Positions 36,612 to 50,900 of a stretch of DNA of 64,000 nucleotides are shown here, in pieces. Below the pieces are notes generated by a model. The model was not told the DNA's origin. It saw only the letters and a program-made list of their open reading frames with translations, and did not search any database. The stretch is from NCBI GenBank assembly GCA_905178155.1, contig CAJINV010000002.1:2378162-2442161 (forward strand). Reading direction: 5' to 3'. Made by a program: the position numbers and the translations under genes. Origin of the DNA: Amoebophrya sp. A120. Its lineage: Eukaryota > Protista > Dinoflagellata. Within the stretch, counting starts at the first letter, position 1, and every line of letters begins with the position of its first letter.

Positions 36612-39600
36612 TCATTGGTCATACATAAAAGATTTAAGTAAACTTGATACATAAAAACAGCTGGGCGTAGGTAGGGGGGAACAGAAGCTTCCAAATCCTT
36701 CTGTCATAGTCACTCATGTTTGTTGAAGAATAAATCGATCATGCTTACACAGGGCCCGGGGAAGGTTCTTTGGAGAGGGTTTTACTCCCCTTCCGACCCC
36801 ACAGTGCATACCCCGCACTTTCGGCGACGTCGACGAAGAGGCCAGGGTGACCCAACAACGTCTTCAGCCGGTTGTACATTTCATTGTCTTATCCATTGCA
36901 ACTTTGTCTGGGTCTGGAAGAAGGCGAACTAGTGATGTTGTAGAATCAAGGTCATACAAATGTAGAATCAACGCGAAGGTGATGTTGTAGTTGCGAATCA
37001 AGGTCATACAAAAATCTGTGTTGCATGACTTGCAAATGAAAAACGTGCCTGTTTATGGCCATGAAGATAGGGTATCTTTCATGCAGAAGAAGCATCGCCA
37101 AGGGGCTGCAGAACCTGTGAAGATGCTAGGCGGCCGTGCATTCCAGAGTTGCTGGAGCCTGGAAAAACTGCAAACAAATCTCCGAAAAATCATCCAGACC
37201 CAGATACAGTTGCATTTGATACATCCGAGTCGCAGCGCAGCAGCAGGAGCGTGATGAGATCCGGATCGTGGCCGGGTTCGATCATTATGCATTGCAAATC
37301 TCGAACTGGGTCTGGAGACTTGTGACGTGGAGCTCCTGTGAATGCCTTGTTGACGGTCGCTGTGAGGACAGCCAAGCATGACAAGCTTGCAGAGCGCTCT
37401 ACTTTTTTATGGTGCCTAGTGCACATGACAAAGTGCGTCATTTCATTTGCATGACACGAAAAGAAAAAGTCGCCCTTTATCATAATTAAGTAGCCATGCA
37501 ATACTTGCAGATTTTCCAAGAGTTGCATGACAAGCTCCTCTTTTCCAGACCCAGAAATATTTTCAGTTGATAATCGTCAGGTACATCTTGCGACCGGCGA
37601 AGTACCAGTCCGAGGTATCCCGCGTAAAAACGTCCCCGCCCCAGAGTTGTCATGCGGATTTGCAAGAATGACAAGAACATTTACATTTGTGATGCGCAAC
37701 ATGGTCCCCATAATAATTAGGCACTTCCAGTCGTGTTTTGGAATTTGTAATGCAGTAAACAGGATAAACAGCTGGCTTTGTATTGCGGCTCTCCTTGCTA
37801 GTACCCTGCGCTACACTACGGACTGCAATTTGTCATGCGTGACTCCCAAAACTTTTGGGTGTGCGCTACAAAGTCCCCATCTTGAATCTGGTGGTGTGGG
37901 GATGTTTTTACTCAGGGTACCTGGGGTCTCCAGACTTCCCGCCGGCGTATTCCATTGTCGCGACGGGGCGGCTATGAACTGCAAATATGCATGGGTCTGG
38001 AGGAATGTTGAAAGACTTGTCATCCAATTCATGAACCATCCACATGGTCTGGAATGCACACAGTAGCATCACAGATTTTGCGAGACCAGACCGTCTTGAT
38101 ACTGATTTCGCATGAAAATTTCGGCTTTTGCGTAGCAATAAACGGGCAACTACTCTTGGGGTTTATGCAAGACAGATTTCGATTTTTTGTCGTCCAGGGT
38201 GTTGCATGAGAAGCTGCATCCTTCCAGACCCAGACCACATGTTTGCAATGCATAACGGCCAATCCGGTCTTCCACGTGCAGCACGGGGCGATGCAGCGCG
38301 CTAAACCAGTACGTTCCTTCACGCTGTTTCTGGAAAATGCGGTACACCCAGCTCTGCGGGTCTTCCGTTTCCGACTGCAGCTGTCCGTGCGATTTTCCGT
38401 ACCGATACCAAAACCAGCTGGCGGGGACCGACAGTCCCTCTGGCTTCGCCCATATGCATTGCAAATATGTCTGGGTCGGTAAGAGTCCAAGGTTTGTCAT
38501 GCTCGGCCAGCACGTCTCTCATGGGCGCTCCATTTTTCTGTCATAGAGAAAAACAGTTTGCCATGCAGACTGGGCAACCACACCTAGCAGCTAAAAAATT
38601 TGGCATGCTGGGCCGCCAATTGAGACATCCTCATGATTGTGCCACGACCCGCATCACAAGTTAGTTCCTACAGACCCAGACATATTGCATGCAATGCATA
38701 ACCCATTGCAGATAGCCAAAGCGGTACGCCTGTTTCAAGTCGTCAAACGATGCGCTCAGGTCTTCCCGCGAGGTCCGCTCCTGTCCCTTGAAGCTGGGCA
38801 CACTGGCGTAAAACTGCACGACGTTTCCGCGCCACCCCATGTTCCGGAGTGCACCTCTGACGACCACATCGGCGACCTTATCCAAATTTTGCTATGAGGG
38901 TGCACACAGCTCCCCCTTCCCCTCACTTGTACTGCAAAATCCTAAACATCTATTCGCTGCCTGTGCCTTGCTTGTTTGAATAAAAATAAATATAGCACCG
39001 CTCGCATAACAAATTCTGGATGAAGAGCCAAACAGTGTACATAGTATAACACTCGGCGCGTCAACTTGTCATGCGCACCAGCATACACGGCCTGTGCTGG
39101 TGTTTGACTTTGATTTTGAATTGCTATTCATGCCATACTACGTCAAATGAAGGGGACGAGGGGGAGTCCTTGCGCGGTCGGATACCTTGCCGCCCTGCGC
39201 CAGAAGCTTTTTCTGCGTGTAGACGAACGGTGGCAGTTCGTGATCCCCGTCCATCATGTACGCACGGGCTGGATGTCTCTGCAGAAACAGCCCGACGAAC
39301 GTCAACCCTTTCAAGAAATCCCCCGCAATCGTCAGCCGCTGCTTCATATGCATTGCAAACATGTCTGGGTCTGGAACACTGCAACTTGTCAACTTCATGC
39401 TCCTGGATGATGCAAAAATCTGCGGCGCATGACTACCAAAAGTTGTTCACTTTTGCACAAACTGAAGGGGAGCGTCTCACGCAGGATAGGCATGATAGAG
39501 ATCTCACAGAATCTTGTCACTCTAGGTCCCGCATTCGAGCCCTCATGGGAGGTCATGGAAAACCTGCATAAACAAACCTTGGCGTTGTCTTCCAGAAGAC

Positions 39601-41595
39601 CCAGAGAGGAACTATTTGCATTTGATACTTCAGGAAGATCTCGCCGTCGCTCCCGTCCTCCTTCTCGTAGCGCACGCTGTATCCCATGGAAAAACGTCCC
39701 CACCCCGGAATCACGATGGACAAGTACCTGCCGCACAAATGACAAATCAACAAACTTTGGTTGTTGCGCATGACAAGTTTGGCTCCGCAATGAAGTCGAG
39801 TTTCGCTAGTGCAGCAGCATCACAGATCTAGCATCCTCATACTGATTCGAGCATCACAAATTTCCAAACTGCAGTAGAAGACCAAGCTACTTCATCAATC
39901 TCACGCCGGTCCGCATGAGAATTATTGTAAGCATGCAGATCTGCATGACAACTCTCGGAAGATCTTGGGGACGTATTTATTTATTTAGGATACGTTATAC
40001 GGAAAGTTCATGCCATCCCCGGAGAAACCCGAGCGGGCCCGCTCGGAAAAGAGCAGGCGGTACGCCACTAGGGACAGCTTCTTGCTCTGCGGCTTTTCAC
40101 GATTATCAAGTGCAAATATGTCTACGCCGTCTGGAAGATTTTCATGCATCTCGCGGACCACACTCATCGTGGTCTAGAATGCACACAGAACCATCACACA
40201 TTTTGCGATCCCTTCCTCATGCCTATCCCGCATAGGAACAAGTCAGCCATTCTTTACCTAGCAGCAAGTGCGCGCCAGCTTTTGGTCTTCACATGTAACA
40301 CAGATTTTTTTTGTGGTCGAGACTTCGCATCACACGGTGAAGCTGCATCCTTCCAGAGACGCTTCAGACATATTTGCAAAAATGCATAACGATCCGGATT
40401 CACCCAAACTTGGTGGTCAAACTGCTGGCTTGCCAGGTTGTGCTCTTTCGTATCAACTGCAAAAATGTCTGGGCCTGGAAACTTGTAATGCAAGTCCGTG
40501 AACAATCAAGTGCTCTGTAATGCGCCGCCAAGCATGACAAGTTTTTTCGTGTTTCTGTGCTGCGTATTTCGCATGAGAAGCTGCGCTTTTGCATGACAGG
40601 CAAGAGGACCTCTTGGTGGCCACGCAATACAGAGTGCAGAGTCATGCTAGGCTGGCATGACAAGTCTCGCAATCTTCCAGACCCAGACATTTTTGCATTT
40701 GATATTTCGGGTACTCCAGCATCTTCTCCCACAGCTCCTTGTCGATCCCCGTCGGTTTTGCCACCGCCTCCGCTTCCTCCTGCTGCTCGGGCGACAGAGC
40801 CGGTTTGTTTTGCACCTCCAGCGCAGCCGATTCTTGCAGCATCTCCTCCTCCTCCTCTGCAGCTCCTCCTGCCGGCTCGTCCCCCACTTGAAGATGTTGA
40901 TGTTCCCCAGGTAGTAGTACAGCAGCAACACCCTCCTGTGCTTGTTCTTCTGCTTCGGCTCCTTTCTCGACATCGAGAAGATGGCGCACCTCCAGAAACC
41001 CGCTGGAGAACGCCGTGGAGGTGTTGTTGAAGTAGTCCGACACGATTTCTAGACCTTCGCTTGGCGTCGAAGTTTCTTGCTCGAGAAAAACATTGCCCTG
41101 CTCTTGCTGTACAAATTCCTCCTGGTCGTGGTCGTGGTCCAGCTTGGCATTCAGCGTACTAGAAGTTGCAGCCGCGACGTGTCTTGTTGTACTTGTTCGG
41201 TAGAAGTGGTTCTCCTCTCCTTCATTCCCCGGCTGCACATAGACATAGCCTCCTCGTAAGGCCCGCTTGATGTTCTTTGGACGAGGAAGATCATCTTCAG
41301 GCTCAGGCAGTAGACCCCCGTGGTCCGATGCGGCAGCAAGTCCACCATGCGCTCCGATTCTTAGCTCCTGCTCTTCGCACCGACCGAAAAGATGAACTAC
41401 GGGATCACCACGTCCTCGAGGGGTGGTTGTATGACTTGGAAAGAAGATGAGACAAATTTGAAACAGCTCCAGGCACAGGAAGAGGAACGCCAACGTCACA
41501 GCCTTGGAGGACGAAGACGGCGGACGGCACTCCGTGCGCGGACTACGAAACAAACTAGTACTAGTACAACACGCTTTCGGTTTATTGCGAAACAT
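36612..41595 (-). CDS. Unknown type II membrane or secreted protein
   Basis: N-terminal TM (VTLAFLFLCLELFQICLIFF). Many micro-exons join in frame across nine introners plus a conventional-looking intron at about 38890-39140. 3' end tentative. Confidence 0.65.
36890..37221. mobile_element. Family A introner (divergent, internal duplication)
   Basis: A-type TIR; diverged TSD tgtct/catcc. Confidence 0.8.
37286..37572. mobile_element. Family A introner
   Basis: A-type TIR; TSD atcat/atcgt. Confidence 0.85.
37616..37919. mobile_element. Family E introner
   Basis: E-type TIR; right end gggta; diverged TSD cgagg/cctgg. Confidence 0.82.
37973..38254. mobile_element. Family A introner
   Basis: A-type TIR; TSD gcggc/acggc. 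Confidence 0.85.
38453..38700. mobile_element. Family A introner
   Basis: A-type TIR; TSD gccca/accca. Confidence 0.85.
39347..39627. mobile_element. Family A introner
   Basis: A-type TIR; TSD cttca. Confidence 0.87.
39680..39992. mobile_element. Family E introner
   Basis: E-type TIR; TSD cgctg/cgtta. Confidence 0.82.
40104..40388. mobile_element. Family A introner
   Basis: Divergent A-type TIR; TSD acgat. Confidence 0.85.
40451..40704. mobile_element. Family A introner
   Basis: A-type TIR; TSD tttcg. Confidence 0.9.
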
Positions 41596-42882
41596 CTTGA
41601 GCAGGTCGCCGTGGGAATGAGATGCTAGATGAACTAGGCACTGCTTGTTCTACTCCTTCTGAACTAGATGTTAACCCTTGTTCTATTTGTATTTCATAAC
41701 TGAAGATATTTTAGCAGGTACTACTAGCATCTAAATAAAGCTTCTGCGGCCTCCACTGCTGTCTAAGTTCCGTCTCATCTTCGATTCTTCAGAAACGCAA
41801 ATTCTACGACGTGAGCTCAAATCTATTTCGAGGCGATAACGATTGTTGACTTTTGTTTCCTTGTTCCCCTGCGGCCCTCCCGAAGACGAGTGAGATTGTA
41901 CTAGATCGGATTTTAAGGTAGAAGTACTAGGAGCATCTTGTTCACCTTGAGCACGATTTTCGATTCGTCCATTGCTTCTCCATCGACGCGAACGCGATGA
42001 ACGATGCTTGATGAACTACCCCCTTCTTGCTTGATGAACTACATCCACACCCACAGGGGGACGAACATGAATTAGTACGGCAAAACTAGTTCGGTACACT
42101 AGAGTTCCCGTGCAGCAGCTTGAACACCGGCTTGCGACCTGCAAGCTGCACAGCGGCAGTCTTGGTTCGTTGCCGCTTCTTGGGCCAGTTGTTTTGCGAT
42201 TTTCTTTTCGACGATTTTTCCCTAATAATGTGCAATAGTACCTATTTTGTTTTAGGTTATAGGTTTTTTATGTACAGCGCACACTGTTCTTTTGCTCTAG
42301 AATATATACAGCAACAGCAAAAGCGATTTTTTCTTCATGAAAACATGTTACATTAGCAGCATTATCATATCTATTCAACATCAATCCATCCGCATGTGGC
42401 AGGATGGCAGTGCAACTGAGTATGTGTAAACTGAAAAACAATGTGGTGCAAAAATAATTAAAAGTGTGTATCATAGAGTCGTTGGAAGTCGTCCTGTGGA
42501 TATAATTTTTCTCATTTTGTAAATTCAATCGTGGTAGAAGTTTGGGAGATCGGATAAACGTTTTTCGGCCAACACGAGAATAATGAAACAGACGGTCCTC
42601 ACGGTCTCTGTCATAGGAACAATTGTGTGAGTCTTTTAGAAGTCAACAGTGTACTAGTACTGTTAGTCATTCTGTAATTGCATAGTGTAAAGTCTCAACT
42701 TCAGTGGTAAGAAAATCTTCTCTTTTGAACTGTCCGTGCTGTAGCTTAACAAGTCTCACTATAAATCTGCTCTGAAGCAATTACATAAGTTTATAAAGTT
42801 TGCCGCTTGAAACACAAAATTCCGTTGTACAACCTGTAAAACAAGATCATCTTCGTTCCTCCACAACATGCTGGATTCTCCC

Positions 42883-45800
42883 TCACTGGCCATCGAACAA
42901 CACGTCCTCCTCGACTGCGGGCGCGTCTTGTTGCTCTATCGTGAGGAAAAATCCCCCCTCCCCATATCGGACAGGAAATTCGTGACGCTGGACTTGCGCA
43001 CAGAAATCAGTTTGTATTGCTAGAATGGAAAGAGCCGCAGCTGCGGCCTTCATTGCAGGTAATTTGTCATGCTGTTTGCCACTTCCAGTTGCCTCCTGTC
43101 ATGCTGAAGATGCAAGGCTTTGTCACGCCAGCCAGCACGACAGTCCGCATCTTTTGTCTTCTAGCATGACAACATGATTTGCGGCCACAAATCAGCATCA
43201 CAAATTTCCAGCTTGAGTATGTGGTGGGGGGATTTTTCCTTTTGATATGCTCCCCGTTCAGCTCCAACATCGCCGAGAATTTGAGGTCCATCGCTATCGC
43301 ACGAAAAAATCATGGGTTTCACTCTCACTGCGATGCTCATGATTTTGCAAAATGATCTGCATTACAACAATTTCATCACCCTACATGACTCACAAAATCA
43401 GCTATGAGTGCCTCCTAAAGGAAAACAAGACTATTTGGTGCTACCCCGCTTCTCGCATTTCTAGCAAGATACAAAGTTTCGTCTTGCATGTCGAGTCAGC
43501 CCTGCATCAAAGGTAGTTTACAGCGGTGAAACAGTTTTTTCCGGCAATATTCTCATCCGCCGTACCCGCAGGCAACCCCACTCCCGCTCTCTCCGCTCCG
43601 TCGAAGGTGCCCGCCAGGGTGAAAACTCCGTGATCCCTGCTTGTTTTCCCGGTGTCCCCCGCCTGGTCGTTGTAGTTCTTCTTCTGGCCGGAGATCGTAA
43701 CCCGCTGGTTCAACATTTTCGTCGTGACAGCAGTCGAAGATGGAAGAGACGGTTGCTTGTCAAGAGCAGAGTGGTCTTCGCCGTCACCGTTTTCACCGTT
43801 CTTGTTCTCGCCGGCGGCGGAGGTTTGCTTCGTTTCTCCGATCCATTGCTCTCCGTCCGCAGTGGAAAAGTACTGGTCCGCCGTGGTGGTGGTAAAGGAG
43901 GATGCGCCACCGGAGGTGAGAGTTGCCGTGGCAGAAACAGTGGTCTTCGCCTGCGGGGGCACCGTCGCGGACAAAAGTTCTTGGAGCGGCGCAGTAGACG
44001 TGGACTCGGTTTCCAGTGTACTGGAGGATCGCGGAACCTCCACCCCTTTTCCGTCGTAATGTTCTTGAAGCAATTTTTTCAGGTGTTTGACGATCTCCTC
44101 CGTATGATGGGAGTGCGCGACAGCTTCCCCAGCTGCCCCTCCGACAATTGCCCCGGTCTCCATCAGATTGGTGAACCCGGGAATCTCAATCATGTGAGTG
44201 AAAAACGCGTCAATCACGTCCGTGTGGTGTTTCTGCGCTTTATGCGGGTTATTGTCCTTCTCGCGGTGACTGTGATGCTGATAGTCCAACAACAGGATTT
44301 TCTTGAGCAGTTCCCGTAGGACGTTTACCTTCCACTTATACATTTGAGCCCAGAATTCGCCGTGCGAAATCCCGTCCCGCATGCCGTTGTCGACAAAGAC
44401 AAAACGCGCACACTGATCGGATGGATCTGTCGGCTCACTGTACAGCCTGGCAACGAACGAAGTGATGAAGTTCGCAACGCGTATATTACAATGAAAAATA
44501 CCTCCACTCCCTATCAAAACGGAAATCTCTGATGCAGATTTGTGGTCACAGATCAGCTTTGTCATGCTAGAGGGAAAAAGATGCGGACTGTAGTGCTGGG
44601 TTGCGTGGGAAAGCCTTCCATCTTCAGCATGACAGGAGGCAGCTGGAAGTGAACAACAGCATGACAAATTGCCTGCAAACGAGGCCATAACTGCGGCTCT
44701 TGGCCTTCTAGCAAAGTCGATTTGTGTACTCAAATCCAGCACCACAAATTTCGTTTTCGATATGGGGAGGGGGGATTTTTCCTTTTGATAGCGCACGGGA
44801 ATGTGCTTGTTGTTGACATCGTGATCTATCGCGAGGTGGTGGCTCTTCACCTGCTTCAGCACCTTCTCCATGGTATGAAGAAACTTTTTCGGATCTCCTC
44901 TAATGTTCGCGTCGACAGCGTTCACGATCTCAATCGCCTGCGCCATCTGCTCGTCCGGACGTTCCCCGGCAAGGTGTTTACCCAAGAAGTAATTAGAAAT
45001 TTTTCCCGCATTGCCGTTCATGGCGTCGCGAAAGTCCTTCCTTGCTTTCTCGAAGAACGCCTCGGTCTTATAGAACTCGGCGAGTGTAGTTCCGTGCAGC
45101 GTGTAAGACACAGTATGCTTGCAAAACAACTACCACTACGTCACGTGGCCACTATTTAATCATATTTCTCCTGCTTCAGCTAGACAAAAAGAAAGGATGT
45201 TTTGACCTTAGCGTTGGCACAGCTGAGCCACGCATGACAAAGTCTAAATAGGCTCTTTGATCTTGATTCAATATGATTTTCTGATGCTCTACCGACGTTG
45301 GTTCGAATTCAAAAACATAAGTCCACATTCATACCCGTACCGAAAATGCAAACGACATTAACACAAGTTGTGAGGCGCTCATGCAATCCTGCACCCCAAC
45401 GGCTGTCCGAGTCCGCCCATTATATCGGAGTGGTAGATATGAGACACGAGTAAATGACGTACTTAAGTAGTAGACGTTTGCATTTGGTAAGCGACTTCAG
45501 AAAGCAATTTGTGTAGGTTGTCTTCACTGTGGGCGTGTTCCACTGCTTTGAGCTGCTGCTGATGATCGTGGTGCTGGTGCTTCACGTATTCCGCAACTGC
45601 TCGCAACAAAATTCCGTAGTTCTGCACTACCGCATCTGCGAGAACAGAGGTCGTTGTTGTCACACGATAGTAATGGTAGTCACCCTCCCAGGGCTTGCGC
45701 TCATTCCTCTCAAAGAACCGCAAAAAGGCGATGGGAATGTTGTGCCAGAGTAACTCCATCGGATTGCTTCGAGGTCTCGCTTTCCTACAGGTTGCAACTT

Positions 45801-47180
45801 CCCGTGATGCGCGAGTACCTTTTTAAATTCTTTCAACTGGTGGAGATGTGGGTTTCGCTCCTTATCGACCATCGGCATTTTGTGGGTTTTATCATGATGC
45901 TTTTGCTCGATTTCGTGTGCGCGTGTCCACAGTTTCCGTGCTAACTCCTTCAGATACTTTTCTGTCTCCCCGTCATCCAGCATTCTGTAATGCCATTCGC
46001 TGGTGTCCTGCTCATCGCCGGACGTAGCGTGTGGTACCAATTCCTGCTCACCGTCGGACGTAGCGTGCTTTGCCTTTGGTGGTGGTGCCAATTTCCAATT
46101 ACCGCTGAAGATGAAGTGCAGACAGTCTCGCGGAATTTTCGTGTCATCGCGGTCGGGATGCTCTGCGTCGAGATGCTCTGCGTCTTGGAACAGCCGAGCG
46201 ACGTACAATGTTTTCTTGTGCTTGTTATTTCCTTTTCCTCTAGTAACCGAGTGGTCCTCTTTGTTTTCCGCCCAATCGTTCTGGACACGGACTGGCTGGG
46301 GAGCATAGCCCTTAGCGTCGTCTTTGATGACGATAGACCCTTCGACGAGCAACTCATCGACCAACCTGGGTGGAAGCGGCCGGTGAATCTTGGCAGTCAG
46401 GCCGTCGTGTCCTTTTTCGTGCTTCTTCATGTACGCTTTCCACCACGCTTTCCACTTGTCTACAGTTGTCTTCGGCGCCGCCGCTGCCACTGCCTGCATC
46501 CGGTCCCTGAAGGCCGGGTCGTCATACTGACTCAGCCTCGCTTTGTCTTCGTCCGACCATGGATGCAGTTTCAGAGGAGCGTCGTCTGGAGGGTTGTCTA
46601 TGTCATAGATAGCCCCGAAGCCATCTTCGTCCTGTCCGTGCCCCTCAACACCATTGCCCGCTGTAACGCCCAGCTCCACAAACGCCGAACCCCCGTCCGC
46701 AAAGTAGTTCACCGTTCCGTTGTGCAGCACGACCGAGAGAAGCTTCCGCTCTTCCTGCTTGCCCGCCTGTACCAAGTTCTTCTCCTGTTCCGTCTTCCGC
46801 AGACCGAATTCCTCACCAGCAAAACCTTCCTCCGCCAGATCACTGGCTTCTTGTTCACCCCGACTAGCAGGATTTACTACACCATCGTCCTCCCGCGCAA
46901 CACCTTTCTGGAAGAAGCTTCCCGGCACGAGCTGGTACAACTTCCGGGGTTGCTGCTCATGCTTCCCCGGCTGTTGTTCTCCTTGCGGTGCCACTTTTCC
47001 TTGTCCGACACGACGAGCGTGTTCCACCCGTTTCTCCTTGTGCTGCTTCTTCCCCGTACCCTTCCGGCCAAGCGCGAAGAAATTTCCATCGGTCGTGGTA
47101 CCCGAAATCACAACAGCAATCAGCACCCGCGAGGCGCCGCCGACACGGCTTCCCGCTGCTCCACGGGGCGCGGAGAACAT
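42883..47180 (-). CDS. Unknown large protein (possibly secreted)
   Basis: ORFs 45660-47288, 45463-45759 and 43507-45129 plus terminal micro-exons. Three introners. Unexplained frame change near 45760. Stop TGA at 42883-42885. Confidence 0.55.
42937..43247. mobile_element. Family D introner
   Basis: D-type TIR; TSD tgctc. Confidence 0.88.
43295..43549. mobile_element. Family C introner (divergent)
   Basis: C-type TIR; diverged TSD atcgc/ttctc. Confidence 0.8.
44484..44790. mobile_element. Family D introner, in frame and stop-free
   Basis: D-type TIR; TSD gcgta/gcgca; 307+5=312 nt, read through by ORF 43507-45129. Confidence 0.88.
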
Positions 47181-47981
47181 TTCTTGAACGTACACAGTTA
47201 GTTGCAGATGTGAAAATCGTAAATTTTCCTCCCCGAAGTAAAATCGTTTTTTTTTTGTCAATTCTTCCTCCACACAGAAAGAGCGCAACCGGAGTCACGC
47301 TAAATGTGAGGTAGAAGAAAAAAAACGTAACCTGGTAGAAATTTGTGGAAATTTTGCTCGTCGTCGTATGTGCGAAAGGGAAAGAATCTGTGGTTAAATA
47401 TATTTGAAAGTTTGACGACAATTGTGCCCACGACAATAATGTTCTATCGATGTCCTTCTATTCCAGTCTACGACGTGCAGTGGTGCAGCGATAGAGCAAA
47501 TGCAAGAGCCAAAACGGCCGCCAGTGGAAAGCTTTTTGCCCATCGTCCGTGGCTGACGTTGACTATGAACATGAATTCAGAATTCCCACGAAGCGACGAA
47601 ATAAAAGCTTTCCAGACGAGCCTGCGACGATACCGATCTTCTACTGATTTTCAAGACGAGGAAGATGTTGACGAAGCGGTGAGGTGGAGCACATTTGAGA
47701 ACTTTGTTTACTGCGATGACTGTGAAGAAGCCGAAGCCCGCTGTTCTACTTCCAAACATAACGAGCTCTTCCTAATATGACGAGATGCAGTGTGGCTGCG
47801 ACGCCATGCACTTGTAGTACGACAAGGACGAAAATAATGATAATCCGCAGTGATTCTGTTTCTGCGGCTGAACACCAGCACTTTTAGTGAACTTCATACC
47901 GGCCAACAAAAATCGTGACCGGGACCGACCAAAGGTACAACCCGACAACACGCCTGTGGTGCTCGTGGTGCACCGTCGTCG

Positions 47982-50900
47982 TCAGTCGCCTCTGCCTAAA
48001 TATTGAATGGTGAGCGTGGCAGTGGGCCTTACTGCGGTGTAAACAGAAGATGTTGAATTTGAATTCTCATTAGCTTTCGACATAACAATTTTCGCCCTAT
48101 TACTCAAAAGTCTCTGCTGCTGAAACGCAGGATCTAGCAGCGACGCTGAACTTTGGAGTGGTGCGGGGTTTTGTCCTTCTGGGCGCTCTGGCTGCACCAG
48201 CGCACTCCCTGCATGATTTCTTGTCATGCTCATGCCTGCATGATTATGCGCGGCCAAGCGCCCACCAGCTGCTCCGCTGGGTTTCATGGTACTGTTGGAA
48301 GTGATCTTCATGGTCGTGTTTTTCATCATTCCGAAACCGCCCCCAGAACCTCGATTCGATGACGATGCCGAGGCCCTGCTCTGCGACAAAGCGTTCTCCA
48401 AATTGCCCACGTCCATCCGGGTATGCATTTCAAAAAACACTGTGGTGTACTGTGGTGCCCTCAAGCAGACCTGCGTCTGCCGACGTGCTAGTTGTTGACA
48501 TCCCGTGCTGATAGATTTAGACTGTGGTCTCTTTCTATATGCAACAAACTTTGACAAGAGCTAATACATGCTTCCTTCATTCTTTATTCGCCTTATTTTC
48601 ATTTTCATCTATTCTTTCGTGAATGCTACACCGCGAGAGCAAAACACTTAATTGATTGCCCCAGTGACAACATTACACAGCATTTTTTTCAGTTCCCGCT
48701 GATACTCTCGCGGATCCACTGTCAGCCCGAGCCGTTGTCCCCACTGCTATCGCACGAAAAAACCGTTTCACTGTGATGATTTTGCAAGATCTGCATAACA
48801 AGTTTGTTACACATGACAAAGAAAACTTGGCATGCGTGCTTCCTAAAGGAAAACACAGCTGAAAATCCAATGTCTTGCATGTGTAGCACGACAAACACAT
48901 TTGCGTTCCGTTCTATGCATCACAAGTTTACAGTGAAAAAGCTTTTTCTTGCGATAACTGCCGCTCATAGGTCAACGCCCGGCACTCCTTTTCGGCCAGG
49001 CTGTTGCAGTTTATGACTTGCTCATGTGCGTACGATCTCATGTTACGAATACAAATGGAGACTTGTGAGGCAAAGACTGAATGATCTGGCCGCCTCTCAC
49101 AGGACTTCTACACATGACAAGTTCTCGAGTCGCAAACCGCATGGGAATCGTCCGGCGAAACTTGTATTGCAAAAAGCGGAACCCCTGTGTGTCTGTCATG
49201 CTGCTCACGCAAGACATCAAAATCCAGATTCTATTGGAACAGCTGTTGAGATTGTAACTACACTTGAGCAGGTGATACAGTCCTGAAACAGTTTTTGGTA
49301 ATCCTGGAATTCCTGCAGCTTCTTCGAAAAAGTTGCGGAGAGTTGCGGCTCGTCACCCTCACTGCCAGAACGACCCTCGGAGTGACTATGTTGAAAAGGC
49401 TGTTGGTCTTCTTCACTGCTATTCCCCCCAAAAAGTACTTCCCCAACGTTGAGGTTTTCTCCCTTATCGTCGCTACCGTGACTGCCCCCCGAGGCGTCGC
49501 ACTTGATCTTTCGCAACACCGAGCTGGGCTGCAGGTACTGCGTCATGGAGGGATCCAGGGCGCGAAAGAAATCGTTCAGAAATTTGTTCCTGTCCTGCGC
49601 GACGCGTCGCGCCGAACTGGTGCCGTCGGCCTTCGCAGCGGTTGTTTCCGTCCTTTCCAACAGGAAACAAAACTCCTGGACCAGCTCTTCCCTATCGAAT
49701 TCAAATATGTCTGGGTCTGGAAGAGCGCAGACATTTGTGATGCAGTTCCGCCTAGCCCAGAACGTCTGGCATGCAAGCCCTAGGATCACAAATTCCGAGC
49801 AGGTATCCCAATGCCTAATCCGCTTGCCAAATGCCCCCTTTCTTCAACAGGAAATGGGACCTTTTGGTGACCATGCATGACAGATGTTGTCATGATGTAG
49901 AATTTGCATCACAAATTCGAATCCATCCCGACCACCCATATATATTTGCAATGCATACTCCCACAACTCGGCTGCTTCCGATTGTTCCCGCGTGGACACG
50001 AACAGAATTGCTTTTTCGACGTCCTGTAGATTCCGCAAAAAGATCTTCACGGCCTCTTTTGCGAGCCCCGCTTTGGACAACAAAAATACCAACGCGTCGT
50101 AGAGCTCGTGTTCCTTGCACAGCCCGATGGCGTGCTCAATGTAGGTCAAATTGGTCTGGTGATCCTGCAAGAAATCCAGAATTGCCTCCGAACTTGGATC
50201 CTCCTCGTAGTCTTCAGGAATAGCATTTTTGCTACTTCTTTTCCTGCTTCTATCGCTCGTATTCGCTGCGTTGCGCGAGCCACGGACGGGCTCAGGAACA
50301 GAATTATGCGTAACAGCTACTTGTTGCTCGCCAATTGTTCCCTTCTCTGGCAATTCATTATTCGCATTCTTAAACGCCGCCACGCTACCACTGGAAACGA
50401 CAACATCATGATCCTGCCCGATGCTTATTTTGCTGTCTTCCTCTATTTTCCGCGAAGGGGGGCGATTTTCATCCTCGGCAATTTCAATTTTCTTCTCCCT
50501 TATTGCCAGTTGTTTTTTCCGGCTTACACTCGCGTCGGCGACTAGCAACCGAAAGTGTTCGTCGTGGTATTCGCGAATGGCCGCGAAGTCCTTGACCTAT
50601 GGAATGCAAAAGCATCGCACTCGAACTCGTATAGATGCATTAGCATTACAAATTTCCTCAGCATTAGAAATAAAATTTGTAATGCGGATTCACCTCAAGA
50701 AAAAGATGCGTAATGCATGACTGCAATTACTACGAGTACGAAACTTTTGCAGTTCATATGACCCGCATCTGGTTGAAATACCGCAGTAAGAATTGGTTGA
50801 ATCCGTGTTTTTCTTCCTGATGTAGAATTCCACCGCGTCTGCTGCTCCCAGTTTCATCTACTGTCTTGGCGTCCTCCACCAGCCTCCTCAACCTCTCCAC

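Noticed and set aside
5538-40704. Recurring ttccagacccagacatttt repeats resembling a CRISPR array
   Set aside because: They occur as inverted pairs around conserved interiors, the intervening DNA is coding exon, spacing is irregular and there are no cas genes.
43630-47201. Long plus-strand ORFs (229 aa and 403 aa)
   Set aside because: Antisense shadows of minus-strand coding exons.
5400-49880. Many short ORFs sharing peptides such as FQTQTFLHLI, PDPDIFAF, CKNVWVWK and CAKVSYS
   Set aside because: These are translations of introner TIRs in different frames, not a protein family.
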